DNA of 64,000 nt from Anaeromyxobacteraceae bacterium. Lineage in GTDB: Bacteria; Myxococcota; Myxococcia; Myxococcales; Anaeromyxobacteraceae. Both the position numbers and the translations under genes were made by a program. Every line of letters begins with the position of its first letter. The stretch's first letter is position 1. Below the pieces are notes generated by a model. It was given only the letters and a program-made list of their open reading frames with translations. It had not been told where the DNA came from and ran no database searches. Location: NCBI GenBank assembly GCA_032654565.1, contig JAULAX010000002.1, positions 64,001 through 128,000 on the forward strand, written 5' to 3'. Positions 28,806 through 43,012 of the stretch are shown here, piece after piece.

Positions 28806-30701
28806 ATGAGCGTCAAGCCACAGCTGGAAGGCGAGGTCTTCTTCCCCACCGCCGAGGTCACCGCCCAGGCCCGCATCAAGGACTGGGGCGCGGTGGCCAA
28901 GGCCGCCAGCGACGACCTGGAGGGCTTCTGGGCCAAGGAGGCCGAGGAGCTGGAGTGGTACCGCAAGTGGGACCAGGTGCTGGACCGCTCCAACCCGCCC
29001 TTCTTCCGCTGGTTCAAGGGCTCGCAGTGCAACATCATCCACAACGCCCTCGACCGCCACCAGCGCAGCTGGCGCAAGAACAAGCTGTCGCTGATCTGGG
29101 TGGGCGAGCGCGGCGAGGTCCGCACCTACTCCTACTTCGCCCTCAACCGCGACGTCTCCAAGTTCGCCAACGTCCTCAAGGCCATGGGGGTGAAGAAGGG
29201 CGACCGGGTCACCATCTACATGCCGCGCATCCCCGAGATCGTGGTGGCCATGCTGGCCTGCGCCAAGATCGGCGCCGTCCACTCGGTGGTCTACGGCGGC
29301 TTCTCGGTGGACGCCCTGCAGGGGCGCATCGAGGACTCCGAGTCGAAGGTGGTGCTGACCGCCGACGGCGGCTTCATGAACGGCAAGGTGGTGGAGCTGA
29401 AGAAGACGGTGGACGACGCCGTGCGCCGCTGCCCCACCGTCGAGACGGTCATCGTGGTGCAGCGGACCGGCCACGAGATCCGCATGGAGGCGGGTCGCGA
29501 CTACTGGTACCACGAGCTGATGAAGCTGCCGCTGGCCACCGGCTCCTGCCCGACCGAGGTGATGGAGGCCGGCGACCCGCTCTACATCCTCTACACCTCG
29601 GGGACCACCGGGAAGCCCAAGGGGCTGGTCCACGGCCACGCCGGCTACATGACCGGCATCTACTCCACGCTCAAGTACGTCTTCGACATGAAGGACGAGG
29701 ACCGCTACTGGTGCGCCGCCGATCCGGGGTGGGTGACCGGCCACAGCTACATCGTCTACGGGCCGCTGCTGCTGGGGGCCACCACCTTCATGTACGAGGG
29801 GGCGCCCACCTACCCGTACCCGAACAAGTGGTGGTCGCTGGTGGAGAAGTACGGCATCACCATCCTCTACACCGCCCCCACCGCCATCCGCGGCCTGATG
29901 CGCTTCGGCGCCTCCTGGCCGGCGCGCCACGACCTTTCCTCGCTGCGGCTGCTCGGCTCGGTGGGCGAGCCCATCAACCCCGAGGCCTGGAAGTGGTACC
30001 ACCGCGAGATCGGCAAGGGGCGCTGCCCCATCATGGACACCTGGTGGCAGACCGAGACCGGCATGTTCCAGCTCACCCCGGTGCCGACCATGCCGCTCAA
30101 GCCCGGCTCTGCCGGCAAGCCCTTCTTCGGCCAGGACGCCCAGATCCTCGACGAGAAGGGGAACGAGGTCGAGGCCGGGAAGGAGGGGTTCCTGACCCTG
30201 AAGCACCCCTGGCCGGCCGCGGCCATGACCATCTTCCGCGAGGACGACCGCTTCAAGGAGACCTACTGGTCCACCTACCCGGGCAAGTACTGCGCCGGTG
30301 ACGCCGCCAAGAAGGACAAGGACGGCTACTTCTGGGTGATCGGCCGGACCGACGACGTCATCAAGGTCTCCGGGTACCGGCTGGGCACCGCCGAGGTGGA
30401 GAGCGCGCTGGTGAGCCACCCGGCGGTGGCCGAGGCGGCGGTGATCGGCCTGCCCCACGAGGTCAAGGGGCAGGCCATCCACTGCTACTGCCTGCTGCGC
30501 AACGGCTTCACCGCCAGCGAGGAGCTGGCCGAGCAGGTGCGCAACCACGTGGCCACCCACCTGGGCCCCATCGTCAAGCCGGAGAAGGTGACCTTCGTGG
30601 ACAGCCTGCCCAAGACCCGCTCCGGCAAGATCATGCGCCGGGTGCTCAAGGCCCGGGCCCAGGGACTCCCCGACGGTGACGTCTCCACGCTCGAGGAATA
30701 G
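28806..30701 (+). CDS. acs: Acetyl-CoA synthetase
   Basis: YTSGTTGKPKG, GWVTGHSY, SVGEPINP, DTWWQTE, PKTRSGKIMRR; AGGAG RBS. Confidence 0.96.
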   Translation: MSVKPQLEGEVFFPTAEVTAQARIKDWGAVAKAASDDLEGFWAKEAEELEWYRKWDQVLDRSNPPFFRWFKGSQCNIIHNALDRHQRSWRKNKLSLIWVGERGEVRTYSYFALNRDVSKFANVLKAMGVKKGDRVTIYMPRIPEIVVAMLACAKIGAVHSVVYGGFSVDALQGRIEDSESKVVLTADGGFMNGKVVELKKTVDDAVRRCPTVETVIVVQRTGHEIRMEAGRDYWYHELMKLPLATGSCPTEVMEAGDPLYILYTSGTTGKPKGLVHGHAGYMTGIYSTLKYVFDMKDEDRYWCAADPGWVTGHSYIVYGPLLLGATTFMYEGAPTYPYPNKWWSLVEKYGITILYTAPTAIRGLMRFGASWPARHDLSSLRLLGSVGEPINPEAWKWYHREIGKGRCPIMDTWWQTETGMFQLTPVPTMPLKPGSAGKPFFGQDAQILDEKGNEVEAGKEGFLTLKHPWPAAAMTIFREDDRFKETYWSTYPGKYCAGDAAKKDKDGYFWVIGRTDDVIKVSGYRLGTAEVESALVSHPAVAEAAVIGLPHEVKGQAIHCYCLLRNGFTASEELAEQVRNHVATHLGPIVKPEKVTFVDSLPKTRSGKIMRRVLKARAQGLPDGDVSTLEE

Positions 30702-30763
30702 TGGTAAGACGCCGGCCGTTCACCATGGCCCCCCGACATGGGCCCCGAAAGGATGCTGACCAC

Positions 30764-31435
30764 ATGAGACTCGCCGCTGCCGCCTTCGCCGTCGTCTTCG
30801 CCACCGCCTGCTCCGCGCAGGTCCCCGCCAAGGGCGCCCCGAAGACCGACGACGAGAAGACCGTCTACGCCGTCGGTGTCGCCGTCCAGAAGAGCCTGGA
30901 GCCGTTCAACCTCACCCCCGTCGAGGTGGAGCTGGTGCTGGCCGGCGTCCGCGACGCCGCCGCTGGCAAGGCCGAGGTGAAGCTGGAGGAGAAGCAGGCC
31001 GCCATCCAGAAGCTGGTGACCGACCGCCGGGCCGCCGCCGGCGCCGCGCTCGCCAAGCAGGGCGAGGGGTACGTGGAGAAGGCCTCCAAGGAGAAGGGGG
31101 CGGTCAAGACCGCCTCGGGGCTGATCTACGTGCCGGTCAAGGAGGGGACCGGCGCCAAGCCGGCCGCCACCGACAAGGTCAAGGTCAACTACGAGGGCAA
31201 GCTGGTCGACGGCAAGGTCTTCGACGCCTCGGCCAAGCACGGCGGCCCGGCCACCTTCCCGCTCAACGGCGTCATCCCCTGCTGGACCGAGGGGCTGCAG
31301 CTGGTCAAGGTGGGCGGCAAGGCCCGGCTGATCTGCCCGGCGGCGCTGGCCTACGGCGACCGCGGCGCGGGCGGCGACATCCCGCCCGGCGCCACCCTCG
31401 ACTTCTCCGTCGAGCTGCTCGAGATCGTGAAGTAG
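30764..31435 (+). CDS. FKBP-type peptidyl-prolyl cis-trans isomerase (FkpA/Mip-like), lipoprotein
   Basis: TASGLIY, VNYEGKLVDGKVFD, VIPCWTEGL, AYG, IPPGATLDFSVELL. Confidence 0.95.
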   Translation: MRLAAAAFAVVFATACSAQVPAKGAPKTDDEKTVYAVGVAVQKSLEPFNLTPVEVELVLAGVRDAAAGKAEVKLEEKQAAIQKLVTDRRAAAGAALAKQGEGYVEKASKEKGAVKTASGLIYVPVKEGTGAKPAATDKVKVNYEGKLVDGKVFDASAKHGGPATFPLNGVIPCWTEGLQLVKVGGKARLICPAALAYGDRGAGGDIPPGATLDFSVELLEIVK

Positions 31436-31481
31436 CGTCGCAGCGAAATGACGTCGTGCCTCCGCCCGCCTGGCCCCACGG

Positions 31482-31946
31482 TCAGCGCGGGCGGAGCCGC
31501 TTCCAGTAGACCAGCTCGGCCACGTCGGGCAGCACCAGCCCGGGCAGCGCCCCCACCCGGGCCCAGCCGTGGCGCTCGTAGAAGGCCTGCGCCGCCACGT
31601 TGAAGTCGGAGCAGAGCAGGAAGCCGTGGGCGGCGGAGCGGGCCATGGTCCCCTCCGAGGAGGCCAGCAGCCCGGCGCCGATGCCCCGCGACTGCGCCGC
31701 CGGCAGCATCGCCATCAGCTTCAGGTAGGCGCCCAGCCCCAGCGTCCCCTCCCGCAGGAACCAGGCCATCCCCACCGGCCGGCCCGCCTCCACCGCCAGC
31801 AGCAGGCCGTCGCCGCGCGCCAGCGCCTCGGCCAGGTCGGCGGCCAGCTTCGGCTCGTCGCGGCCGTAGCGCTTCATCAGCTCCAGCCCGGCCAGGCCGG
31901 CGGCCAGCGGGGCGACATCGGCGGCGACGGCGGGGCGGACCTCCAT
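31482..31946 (-). CDS. GNAT family N-acetyltransferase
   Basis: QSRGIGAGLL motif A, NVAAQAFYERHGW; GGAGG RBS. Confidence 0.85.
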   Translation of the reverse strand: MEVRPAVAADVAPLAAGLAGLELMKRYGRDEPKLAADLAEALARGDGLLLAVEAGRPVGMAWFLREGTLGLGAYLKLMAMLPAAQSRGIGAGLLASSEGTMARSAAHGFLLCSDFNVAAQAFYERHGWARVGALPGLVLPDVAELVYWKRLRPR

Positions 31947-31958
31947 GGGCACCTCCAC

Positions 31959-35377
<3,419 letters not shown>

Positions 35378-35434
35378 GTGCGCGACCGGCGCCGCGGCCA
35401 CCCCCGGCGCCTCGACCACCCGGCCTCTTCCGAC

Positions 35435-35527
35435 TGCGCGGTTCCCGGGCACCTCCTGCCCGGAGATCGCACAGCCGCGCCCGGCCCGGTCCCGCCGGAA
35501 GGCCCGCAGGTGCCCGGAATCCGGGCC
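35435..35527. promoter_or_regulatory. Putative NtrC-type enhancer sites upstream of the amidoligase operon
   Basis: TGCGC-ggttccc-GGGCA (35435-35451) and TGCCC-ggaatcc-GGGCC (35511-35527). Confidence 0.55.
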
Positions 35528-35568
35528 CCGTGTCGGGGCTCGCGCCGACCCCCGCCGGAGGCCTACTC

Positions 35569-35584
35569 TGGCGAAGTCCTTGCA
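35569..35584 (+). promoter_or_regulatory. sigma54 (-24/-12) promoter of the transglutaminase/ATP-grasp operon
   Basis: TGGCgaagtccTTGCA. Confidence 0.72.
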
Positions 35585-35615
35585 CCCCTCTCCGGCTCCG
35601 GCGAAAGGATCCCCC

Positions 35616-38600
35616 CTGCGCATCCTCATCCAGCACCGGAGCACCTACCGCTACGCCAAACCGGCCGCCCTCGGCCCGCACACCATCCGGCTGCGCCCGT
35701 CCCCCCACGCCGGCGCGGCGGTCGAGCACTACGCCCTCCAGCTCCCCGCCAGCGCCGCCATCCGCTGGCAGCAGGACCCCTTCGGCAACCACGTCGCCCA
35801 CGTCTCCTTCCGCAAGGGGACCCTGCTCCCGGCGCTGGAGGTGGTGGTGGAGCTGGCCGTCGACCTGCGCCCGGTCAACCCCTTCGACTTCTTCATCGAC
35901 GAGCGGTGCGAGGCGGTCCCGTTCACCTACCCGCCCGAGCTGGCCCGCGACCTGGTCCCCTTCCTCGACCGGACCGACCCCGAGCTCGCCAGCGGCCCCC
36001 ACTTCGAGGCGCTGCTCAAGACGCTCCCCGCCGGCGGACCCACCGTCGAGTTCGTGGTCGAGGTCAACCGGCGGGTCAACCAGGCCCTGAAGTACGTCAT
36101 CCGCGAGGAGCCCGGCCTCTGGACCCCCGAGGAGACGCTGACCCGGGGTCGCGGCAGCTGCCGGGACCAGGCGGTGCTGCTGGTGGCGCTGCTGCGGGCC
36201 CGCGGCCTGGCGGCCCGCTTCGCCAGCGGCTACCTGGTGCAGCTGGCCGACGAGGGGATGCTCCCCGACCAGCCCAAGGGCGTCGGCCGCGACGTCGCCG
36301 ACCTGCACGCCTGGACCGAGGTCTTCCTGCCCGGCGGCGGCTGGATCGGCCTCGATCCCACCAGCGGCCTGCTCTGCGGCGAGGGGCACATCCCGCTGGC
36401 CTCGGTGGCCCGCCCGGCGCTGGGCTCGCCGCTGGAGGGGACCAGCGACCAGCCCGCCGCCGAGATCACCTTCGCGCTGACGGTGACCCGGCTCGGCCAC
36501 GAGGTGCGCCCCACCGCCCCGTTCCCCGAGGCGGCCTGGGACTCGCTGCTCCGCGGCGCCGAGCAGGCCGACGCCGTGCTCGCCAGCGCCGGCCTCGAGC
36601 TGACCAGCGGCGGCGAGCCGACCTTCAACGCCCGCGACCACGCCGACGCCCCGGAGTGGAACGGCGAGGCCCTCGGCCCCACCAAGTGGACCGCCGGCCT
36701 GGCCCTGGCGCGCCAGCTGCGCCGCCGGCTGGCCCCGGGCGCGGCGCTGCTGCGCCGCCAGGGGAAGTGGTACCCGGGCGAGCCGCTGCCGCGCTGGGCG
36801 CTCGAGCTGGTCGGCCTCGCCGACGGCACCCCGCTCTGGCCGGACCGGACCATGGCGGCGACGCCGCCCGGGCTGGACGGGGCCCGCCGCTTCGCCGAGG
36901 CGCTGGCCGCCCACCTCGGCCTGCCGGCCGCCTCGGCGCGCCCCGCCTACGAGGACCCCTGGCGCTTCATCATGGAGGAGGCCAACCTGCCGGTGAGCGT
37001 CGACCCGCTGCTGGCCCGGCTCGAGGACGGCGCCGAGCGCCGGCGGCTGGCCCGCATCCTCGGCGGCGCCCCGGCGGCGCCGGTCGGCTACGTGCTCCCC
37101 ATGGCCCGCGCCGAGGAGGGCGACGGCTGGCGGACCGAGCGCTGGCGGTTCCGGCGCGAGCACCTCTTCCTGCTGCCGGGCGACAGCCCCATGGGGCTGC
37201 GGCTCCCGCTGGCGGCCATCGGCGGCCCGCCCGAGATCACCCCCGAGGAGGCGCCGCTGCCGGCGCCGGATCCGCGCCTCGCCGAGCTGGAGAAGGAGCA
37301 GGCCCGCCTCCGCGCCGAGCAGGCCGCCGCCGCCGCGCCGGCCCCGGTCCGCACCGCGCTCGGCGTGGAGCCGCGCGAGGGGACGCTCTTCGTCTTCCTG
37401 CCGCCGGTGGCCAGGGCCGAGGACTTCCTGGAGCTGGTGGCCGCGGTCGACGCCACCCGCGCCGCCACCGGGCTCGACGTCCAGCTGGAGGGCTACCCGC
37501 CCCCGTCCTCGCCGCGCCTCTTCCAGCTGGCGGTGACGCCCGACCCCGGCGTGCTCGAGGTCAACCTGCCGCCGCAGCGGACCGGCCGCGCCCACGCCGC
37601 GCTGCTGGGCACGGTCTTCGACGCCGCGCTCCACGCCGGCCTCCACTCCGAGAAGTGGCTGCTCGACGGCCGGATGGCCGGCTCCGGCGGCGGCCACCAC
37701 GTCACCCTGGGCGGGCCGACGCCGCTCACCAGCCCCATGGTGCGGCGCCCCGACCTGCTGGCCAGCCTGGTCACCTTCGCCCAGCACCACCCCTCGCTCT
37801 CCTTCCTCTTCACCGGCCTCTTCGTGGGCCCCACCTCGCAGGCCCCGCGCGTCGACGAGGCCCGCCTCGACACCCTCTCCGAGCTGGAGATCGCGCTGGC
37901 CGAGGCCTTCCGCGCCACCGACCCGGCCCCCTGGCTCGGCGACCTGCTGCTGCGCAACCTGCTCACCGACCTGACCGGCAACACCCACCGGGCCGAGATC
38001 TCCATCGACAAGCTCTACGACTGGCGCACCCCGCACGGCCGCCAGGGGGTGGTGGAGCTGCGCGCCTTCGAGATGCCGCCCCACCCGCGGCTGGCCGCGG
38101 CCCAGGTGCTGCTGGCCCGCTCGCTGCTGGCCGCCTTCGCCAGGGCGCCCTACCAGCGGCCGCTGATCCGCTGGGGGGCGGCGCTGCACGACCGCTTCCT
38201 GCTGCCCCACCACCTGTGGAGGGACTTCGAGGAGGTGCTGGGCTTCCTCGACGAGCGCGGGCTGGGGCTGCCGGCGGCGCCCTACCGGGCCTTCCTCGAG
38301 CTGCGCTGCCCGGTGGTGGGCCGGCTGGAGATGGGCGACGCGGTGCTGGAGGTGCGCAACGCCCTCGAGCCGTGGAACGTCCTCGGCGAGGAGCCCTCCG
38401 GCGGCGGCACCTCGCGCTACGTCGACTCCTCCCTGGAGCGGATCGAGATCCGCGCCTCGGGCGTCACCCCGGAGCGCCACCAGGTGGTGGTCAACGGCAT
38501 CGCCCTGCCGGTCCGCGCCACCGGCACCGCCGGCGAGGTGCTGGGCGGGGTCCGCTTCCGCGCCTGGGCGCCGCCCCACGCGCTCCACCCCCACCTCGGC

Positions 38601-38894
38601 GTCCACCACCCGCTCACCATCGAGCTCTGCGACCGCTGGGCCCGGCGCTCGCTGGGCGCCTGCCGCTACCACGTCTGGCACCCCGAGGGGCGCTCCTACG
38701 GCGCCCCGCCGCTGACCCGCTTCGAGGCCTCGGCGCGCCGCGCCCAGCGCTTCACCGTCGACGGCGCCACCCCGTTCCCGCTCGAGCCGCTCCAGGTCCC
38801 GGTCCACCCCGACACCCCGTGGTCGCTCGACCTGCGCCGCCACCCCGGCGACCACCCGGTGCCCGAGCCCGACGACGAGAGCGCCGAGACCTGA
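35616..38894 (+). CDS. Transglutaminase-like domain fused to DUF2126 (putative amidoligase)
   Basis: N-terminal [20 protein letters not shown]; triad [63 protein letters not shown] start proposed (ORF track uses TTG 35580). Confidence 0.9.
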   Translation: MRILIQHRSTYRYAKPAALGPHTIRLRPSPHAGAAVEHYALQLPASAAIRWQQDPFGNHVAHVSFRKGTLLPALEVVVELAVDLRPVNPFDFFIDERCEAVPFTYPPELARDLVPFLDRTDPELASGPHFEALLKTLPAGGPTVEFVVEVNRRVNQALKYVIREEPGLWTPEETLTRGRGSCRDQAVLLVALLRARGLAARFASGYLVQLADEGMLPDQPKGVGRDVADLHAWTEVFLPGGGWIGLDPTSGLLCGEGHIPLASVARPALGSPLEGTSDQPAAEITFALTVTRLGHEVRPTAPFPEAAWDSLLRGAEQADAVLASAGLELTSGGEPTFNARDHADAPEWNGEALGPTKWTAGLALARQLRRRLAPGAALLRRQGKWYPGEPLPRWALELVGLADGTPLWPDRTMAATPPGLDGARRFAEALAAHLGLPAASARPAYEDPWRFIMEEANLPVSVDPLLARLEDGAERRRLARILGGAPAAPVGYVLPMARAEEGDGWRTERWRFRREHLFLLPGDSPMGLRLPLAAIGGPPEITPEEAPLPAPDPRLAELEKEQARLRAEQAAAAAPAPVRTALGVEPREGTLFVFLPPVARAEDFLELVAAVDATRAATGLDVQLEGYPPPSSPRLFQLAVTPDPGVLEVNLPPQRTGRAHAALLGTVFDAALHAGLHSEKWLLDGRMAGSGGGHHVTLGGPTPLTSPMVRRPDLLASLVTFAQHHPSLSFLFTGLFVGPTSQAPRVDEARLDTLSELEIALAEAFRATDPAPWLGDLLLRNLLTDLTGNTHRAEISIDKLYDWRTPHGRQGVVELRAFEMPPHPRLAAAQVLLARSLLAAFARAPYQRPLIRWGAALHDRFLLPHHLWRDFEEVLGFLDERGLGLPAAPYRAFLELRCPVVGRLEMGDAVLEVRNALEPWNVLGEEPSGGGTSRYVDSSLERIEIRASGVTPERHQVVVNGIALPVRATGTAGEVLGGVRFRAWAPPHALHPHLGVHHPLTIELCDRWARRSLGACRYHVWHPEGRSYGAPPLTRFEASARRAQRFTVDGATPFPLEPLQVPVHPDTPWSLDLRRHPGDHPVPEPDDESAET

Positions 38895-38897
38895 GCC

Positions 38898-40568
38898 GTG
38901 GATCCCCTCCTCCTCGCCGAGCTCTCCGAGCAGGACGCGGTGCTCCGGCGCCGCCGCCTCGACGTCTGGATCGGCGCGGAGCCGACCTTCACCGACCGCC
39001 GCTCGCAGGATCCCTGGTGGCTGACCGTGGCCGAAGGGGGAGACAAGCTGGGGCGGGCCCGCGCCCTGCTGGCCGACCTGGCGCCGCGCCTCGGCGCCGG
39101 CCCCCGGCTGGTCGACCTCGAGGGGCGCCACTTCGAGGGCGAGCCGGCCCCCCGCTTCTGCCTCGGCGTCCGCTTCCGCCGCGCCGCCGCCCCCGCCGAC
39201 GGCGAGGTGCAGCTCACGGTGACGCCGGACCCCGGGGTGGTGGAGGTGAACACCGCCCCCGCCCCCGACCTGGCCACCTTCCTCGCCGACGCCGAGGCCA
39301 TCTACGCCGCCGCCGCCGCGGTGGGGCTCTCGCCGGTCCGCTGGCGCTTCAACGGCCGCGCCGCCGACTCGGGCGGCGGTGGCCAGCTCACCCTGGGCGG
39401 GCCGACCCCGGAGGCCAGCCCCTTCTTCCGCCACCCCACGCTGCTGCCGCGCCTGATCCGCTTCCTCTGCAACCACCCCTCGCTCTCCTACGCCTTCGCC
39501 GGGGAGTGCGTCGGCTCGGCGTCGCAGGGGCCGCGGCCGGACGAGGGGGTGCGGGAGCGGTTCGAGGAGCTGCAGGTGGCGGTGGACCGGCTGGAGGCGC
39601 GCGGCGCCCGCCCCGATCCCCAGGAGCTCTGGGAGACGCTGGCGCCCCTGCTGGTGGACGCCTCCGGCAACTCGCACCGCGCCGAGCTCAACGTCGAGAA
39701 GCTCTGGAACCCCCACCTCCCCGGGCGCGGCCGGCTCGGCCTGGTGGAGCTGCGCTCGCTGCGCATGCCCGCCACCGCCGGCCGGCTGGCGGCGCTGGCC
39801 GCCCTCTTCCGCGCCCTGGTGGCCCGGCTGGTGGCCGTCCCCTACGCCGAGCCGCTGTCCGACTGGGGCGCCTCGCTCCACGACCAGCTGGCCCTGCCCA
39901 CCTTCCTGGAGGAGGACCTGCGCGGCGTGCTCGACGATCTCGCCGCCCACGGGGTCGGCCTCGGCCCGTCCACCACGGCGCTGCTGCTGGAGCGCCCCGA
40001 GCCGCTGGCCGAGATCCGGCTGGAGCGGACCACCCTCACCGTGGTGCCGGCGCTGGAGTTCTGGCCACTGCTCGGTGACGTGGCCAGCCAGGAGCGGGCC
40101 GGGGCCCGGCTGGTGGACGCCAGCGCCGAGCGGGTCGAGGTGCGCATCGCGCACGACGGCGGCGCCGATCCCGGCCGGCTGGGCGCCGACGGCTGGGAGG
40201 TGCCGCTCACCTCGGCCGACAGCGGGCGGCGCCACGTCGCCGGCCTGCGCTACCGGGCCTTCCTGCCGCGCCCCGGGCTGCACCCCGGGCTGCCGGCGCA
40301 GGACCCGCTGCTCCTCAGCTGGGAGCGCGAGGGCCGGCGGGTCGGCGTCGAGCTGCACGGCTGGATCCCCGGCGGCGGCACCTACCCGGGGCTGCCGGAC
40401 GACGACGCCGAGGCCCGGCGCCGCTGCCGGGAGCGGGTCCGCTTCGGCGAGCCGGGGCGGGCCACCTTGCGGCGGCCGCTGGCCGGCGGCGGCGTCACCC
40501 TCGACCTGCGGCGGCTCTCCGCGCTCCGCGGCGCCGACGGCTGGACCATGATGGGAGGCTCCACGTGA
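38898..40568 (+). CDS. Stand-alone DUF2126-like amidoligase-domain protein
   Basis: GAEPTF, VTPDPGVVEVN, GGGGQLTLGG, HPSLSY, HRAELNVEKL, VELRSLRMP; paralogous to the upstream gene but without the transglutaminase domain. Confidence 0.85.
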   Translation: MDPLLLAELSEQDAVLRRRRLDVWIGAEPTFTDRRSQDPWWLTVAEGGDKLGRARALLADLAPRLGAGPRLVDLEGRHFEGEPAPRFCLGVRFRRAAAPADGEVQLTVTPDPGVVEVNTAPAPDLATFLADAEAIYAAAAAVGLSPVRWRFNGRAADSGGGGQLTLGGPTPEASPFFRHPTLLPRLIRFLCNHPSLSYAFAGECVGSASQGPRPDEGVRERFEELQVAVDRLEARGARPDPQELWETLAPLLVDASGNSHRAELNVEKLWNPHLPGRGRLGLVELRSLRMPATAGRLAALAALFRALVARLVAVPYAEPLSDWGASLHDQLALPTFLEEDLRGVLDDLAAHGVGLGPSTTALLLERPEPLAEIRLERTTLTVVPALEFWPLLGDVASQERAGARLVDASAERVEVRIAHDGGADPGRLGADGWEVPLTSADSGRRHVAGLRYRAFLPRPGLHPGLPAQDPLLLSWEREGRRVGVELHGWIPGGGTYPGLPDDDAEARRRCRERVRFGEPGRATLRRPLAGGGVTLDLRRLSALRGADGWTMMGGST

Positions 40569-42028
40569 AGATGGAACTGTTCGCCGGGTACCAGCCGATC
40601 CCCGGCGGCTACGACGAGCTCTTCGCCGGACCGGGGGAGGTCCGCGCCGAGTTCCGGCGCGCCGCCGCGGCGCTGGAGGCGCGCAGCATCCCCGAGTTCG
40701 CCCACAGCCAGGGGCTGGCCGAGAAGGCGCTGCTCGACCAGGGCGTCACCTTCAGCGTCTACTCCGACAGCCGCGGCGCCGAGAAGATCTTCCCCTTCTG
40801 CCTGGTCCCCCGCATGGTGGGCGCCGCCGAGTGGGCCCGCCTGGAGAAGGGGCTGGTGCAGCGGGTGCTGGCCATCGAGGCCTTCCTCGACGACCTCTAC
40901 GGCGCCCAGCGGATCCTCAAGGAGAAGGCCATCCCGGCCGAGCTGGTGCTGGGGGCCAAGGGGTACGAGCCGAAGCTGGTGGGGGTGAAGCCGCCGGGCC
41001 GGGTGCGCCTGCACGTGGCCGGCATCGACCTGATCCGCGACCCGGCCGGCACCTTCCGGGTGCTGGAGGACAACCTGCGCTGCCCCTCCGGCGTGTCCTA
41101 CGTGCTGGAGAACCGGCTGCTCTCCAAGCGCATCATCCCCGAGGCCCTCGACAAGGCCCGCGTCCACCGCGTCGACCAGTACCCGGCCAAGCTGGCGGCG
41201 GCGCTGCGCTCGGTGGCCCCGGTCGACCCCGACCACGCCGTGGCGGTGGTGCTCACCCCCGGCCCCTACAACTCCGCCTACTTCGAGCACAGCTTCCTGG
41301 CCCGCACCATGGGGCTGGAGCTGGTGCAGGCGCCCGACCTCTTCGTCGACGGCGACGAGGTCTTCCTGCGCACCACCCGCGGCCCGCGCCGGGTGCACGT
41401 CATCTACCGCCGCACCGACGACGCCTTCCTCGACCCCGACTTCTTCCGCCCCGACTCGATGCTGGGGGTGCGCGGCCTGATCCGGGCCTGGGCGGCCGGG
41501 AAGGTGACCATCGCCAACGCCCCCGGCAACGGCGTCGCCGACGACAAGGCGGTCTGCGCCCTGGTCCCGGACATGGTCCGCTTCTACCTCTCCGAGGAGC
41601 CGCTGCTGGAGCAGGTCCCGACCTGGCTCTGCTGCCGGCCCGCCGACCAGGCCTACGTGGTGGAGCGGCTCGACCAGATGGTGGTCAAGGCGGTGGACGA
41701 GGCCGGCGGCTACGGGATGCTGATGGGGCCGCAGGCCACCGAGGCGGAGCGGGACGACTTCCGCCGGCGCATCGACGCCGAGCCGCGGCGCTACATCGCC
41801 CAGCACCGCGTCGAGCTCTCCGCCTGCCCCACCTGGATCGCCGAGCACGGCATGACCGCCCCGCGCCGCGTCGACCTGCGCCCCTACGTGGTCTCCGGGG
41901 CCGACGGCCCCTGGGTGCTCCCCGGCGGCCTGACCCGGGTGGCCCTGCGTGAGGGCTCCTACGTCGTCAACTCCAGCCAGGGCGGCGGCTCCAAGGACAC
42001 CTGGGTGCTGAAGGGAGCGAACCCGTGA
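40565..42028 (+). CDS. Circularly permuted type 2 ATP-grasp protein
   Basis: GVTF, AGIDLIRD, VLEDNLRCPSGVSY, LTPGPYNSAYFEH, NAPGNGVADDK, DLRPY, PGGLTRV, VVNSSQGGGSKDTWV. Confidence 0.93.
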   Translation: MKMELFAGYQPIPGGYDELFAGPGEVRAEFRRAAAALEARSIPEFAHSQGLAEKALLDQGVTFSVYSDSRGAEKIFPFCLVPRMVGAAEWARLEKGLVQRVLAIEAFLDDLYGAQRILKEKAIPAELVLGAKGYEPKLVGVKPPGRVRLHVAGIDLIRDPAGTFRVLEDNLRCPSGVSYVLENRLLSKRIIPEALDKARVHRVDQYPAKLAAALRSVAPVDPDHAVAVVLTPGPYNSAYFEHSFLARTMGLELVQAPDLFVDGDEVFLRTTRGPRRVHVIYRRTDDAFLDPDFFRPDSMLGVRGLIRAWAAGKVTIANAPGNGVADDKAVCALVPDMVRFYLSEEPLLEQVPTWLCCRPADQAYVVERLDQMVVKAVDEAGGYGMLMGPQATEAERDDFRRRIDAEPRRYIAQHRVELSACPTWIAEHGMTAPRRVDLRPYVVSGADGPWVLPGGLTRVALREGSYVVNSSQGGGSKDTWVLKGANP

Positions 42029-42999
42029 TCAGCCGCGTCGCCGAGAGCCTCTTCTGGCTGGGGCGCTACCTGGAGCGGGCCGAGTCGACGGCCCGGGTCT
42101 GCCTGGTGACCCGCAACCTCGCCCTCGACGGCGACCTCGAGCCGCGCCAGGCCTGGCAGCCGGCGGTGATCGTCTCCGGCCAGGAGGAGGCCTTCCGCAA
42201 GGCCCGCGGCGACCCGGCCTTCGCCGACGGCGAGCTGGTGCAGGAGTGGCTCACCTGGGAGGAGACCAACCTCTCCTCGGTGCGCCGCTCGGTGTCGGCG
42301 GCCCGCGAGAACGCCCGCTCCATCCGCGAGGTGGTGAGCCTGGAGACCTGGGAGGCGGTCAACGAGCTGCACCTCTGGATGGACGGCGCCGGCCGCGAGG
42401 CCTGGCGCGCCGACCGCCACGGCTTCTACCGGCACGTCCGCCAGCACGCCCAACTCTGCCTCGGCGTCATCCACGGCACCATGCTCCACGACGACGCCTT
42501 CAGCTTCATCCTGCTGGGGGTGATGCTGGAGCGGGCCGGCCAGACGGCGCGCATCCTGGACGTCCACCACCACGCGCTGCAGCGCATGGGGGCCCACCCG
42601 GTGGTCGAGCTGGCCCTCTGGCTCTCGCTGCTGCGGGCCTGCTCCGGCTTCGAGCCCTTCATGAAGCGCTTCCAGGGCAAGGCCTCGGCCGCCACCGTGG
42701 CCCGCTTCCTGGTGCTCGACGGCCGCTTCCCCCGCTCGGTCAACCACTGCCTGCACATCGCCAGCAGCCGGCTCGCCAAGGTCCGCACCGCCGACGCCGA
42801 CCTGCGCGGCCGCAGCCTGACCTCGCTGCGGGCCCTGGAGAGCTGGGTCCTCGACGAGGCCGGGCCCCACATCGACGCCGGGGAGCTCCATCCCTTCCTC
42901 ACGCATGTGGTGGACGAGACCCACGCGATCTGCAATGACCTTGGGCGCGAGCTGTTCGGTCACCCGGGCCAGGACGAGGCGGGATCGACCGGATCGTAA
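42025..42999 (+). CDS. Alpha-E domain protein
   Basis: SRVAESLFWLGRYLERAESTAR, ARENAR, LERAGQTARILD, FPRSV. Confidence 0.93.
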   Translation: MISRVAESLFWLGRYLERAESTARVCLVTRNLALDGDLEPRQAWQPAVIVSGQEEAFRKARGDPAFADGELVQEWLTWEETNLSSVRRSVSAARENARSIREVVSLETWEAVNELHLWMDGAGREAWRADRHGFYRHVRQHAQLCLGVIHGTMLHDDAFSFILLGVMLERAGQTARILDVHHHALQRMGAHPVVELALWLSLLRACSGFEPFMKRFQGKASAATVARFLVLDGRFPRSVNHCLHIASSRLAKVRTADADLRGRSLTSLRALESWVLDEAGPHIDAGELHPFLTHVVDETHAICNDLGRELFGHPGQDEAGSTGS

Positions 43000-43012
43000 C
43001 GCCCTCCGACGC

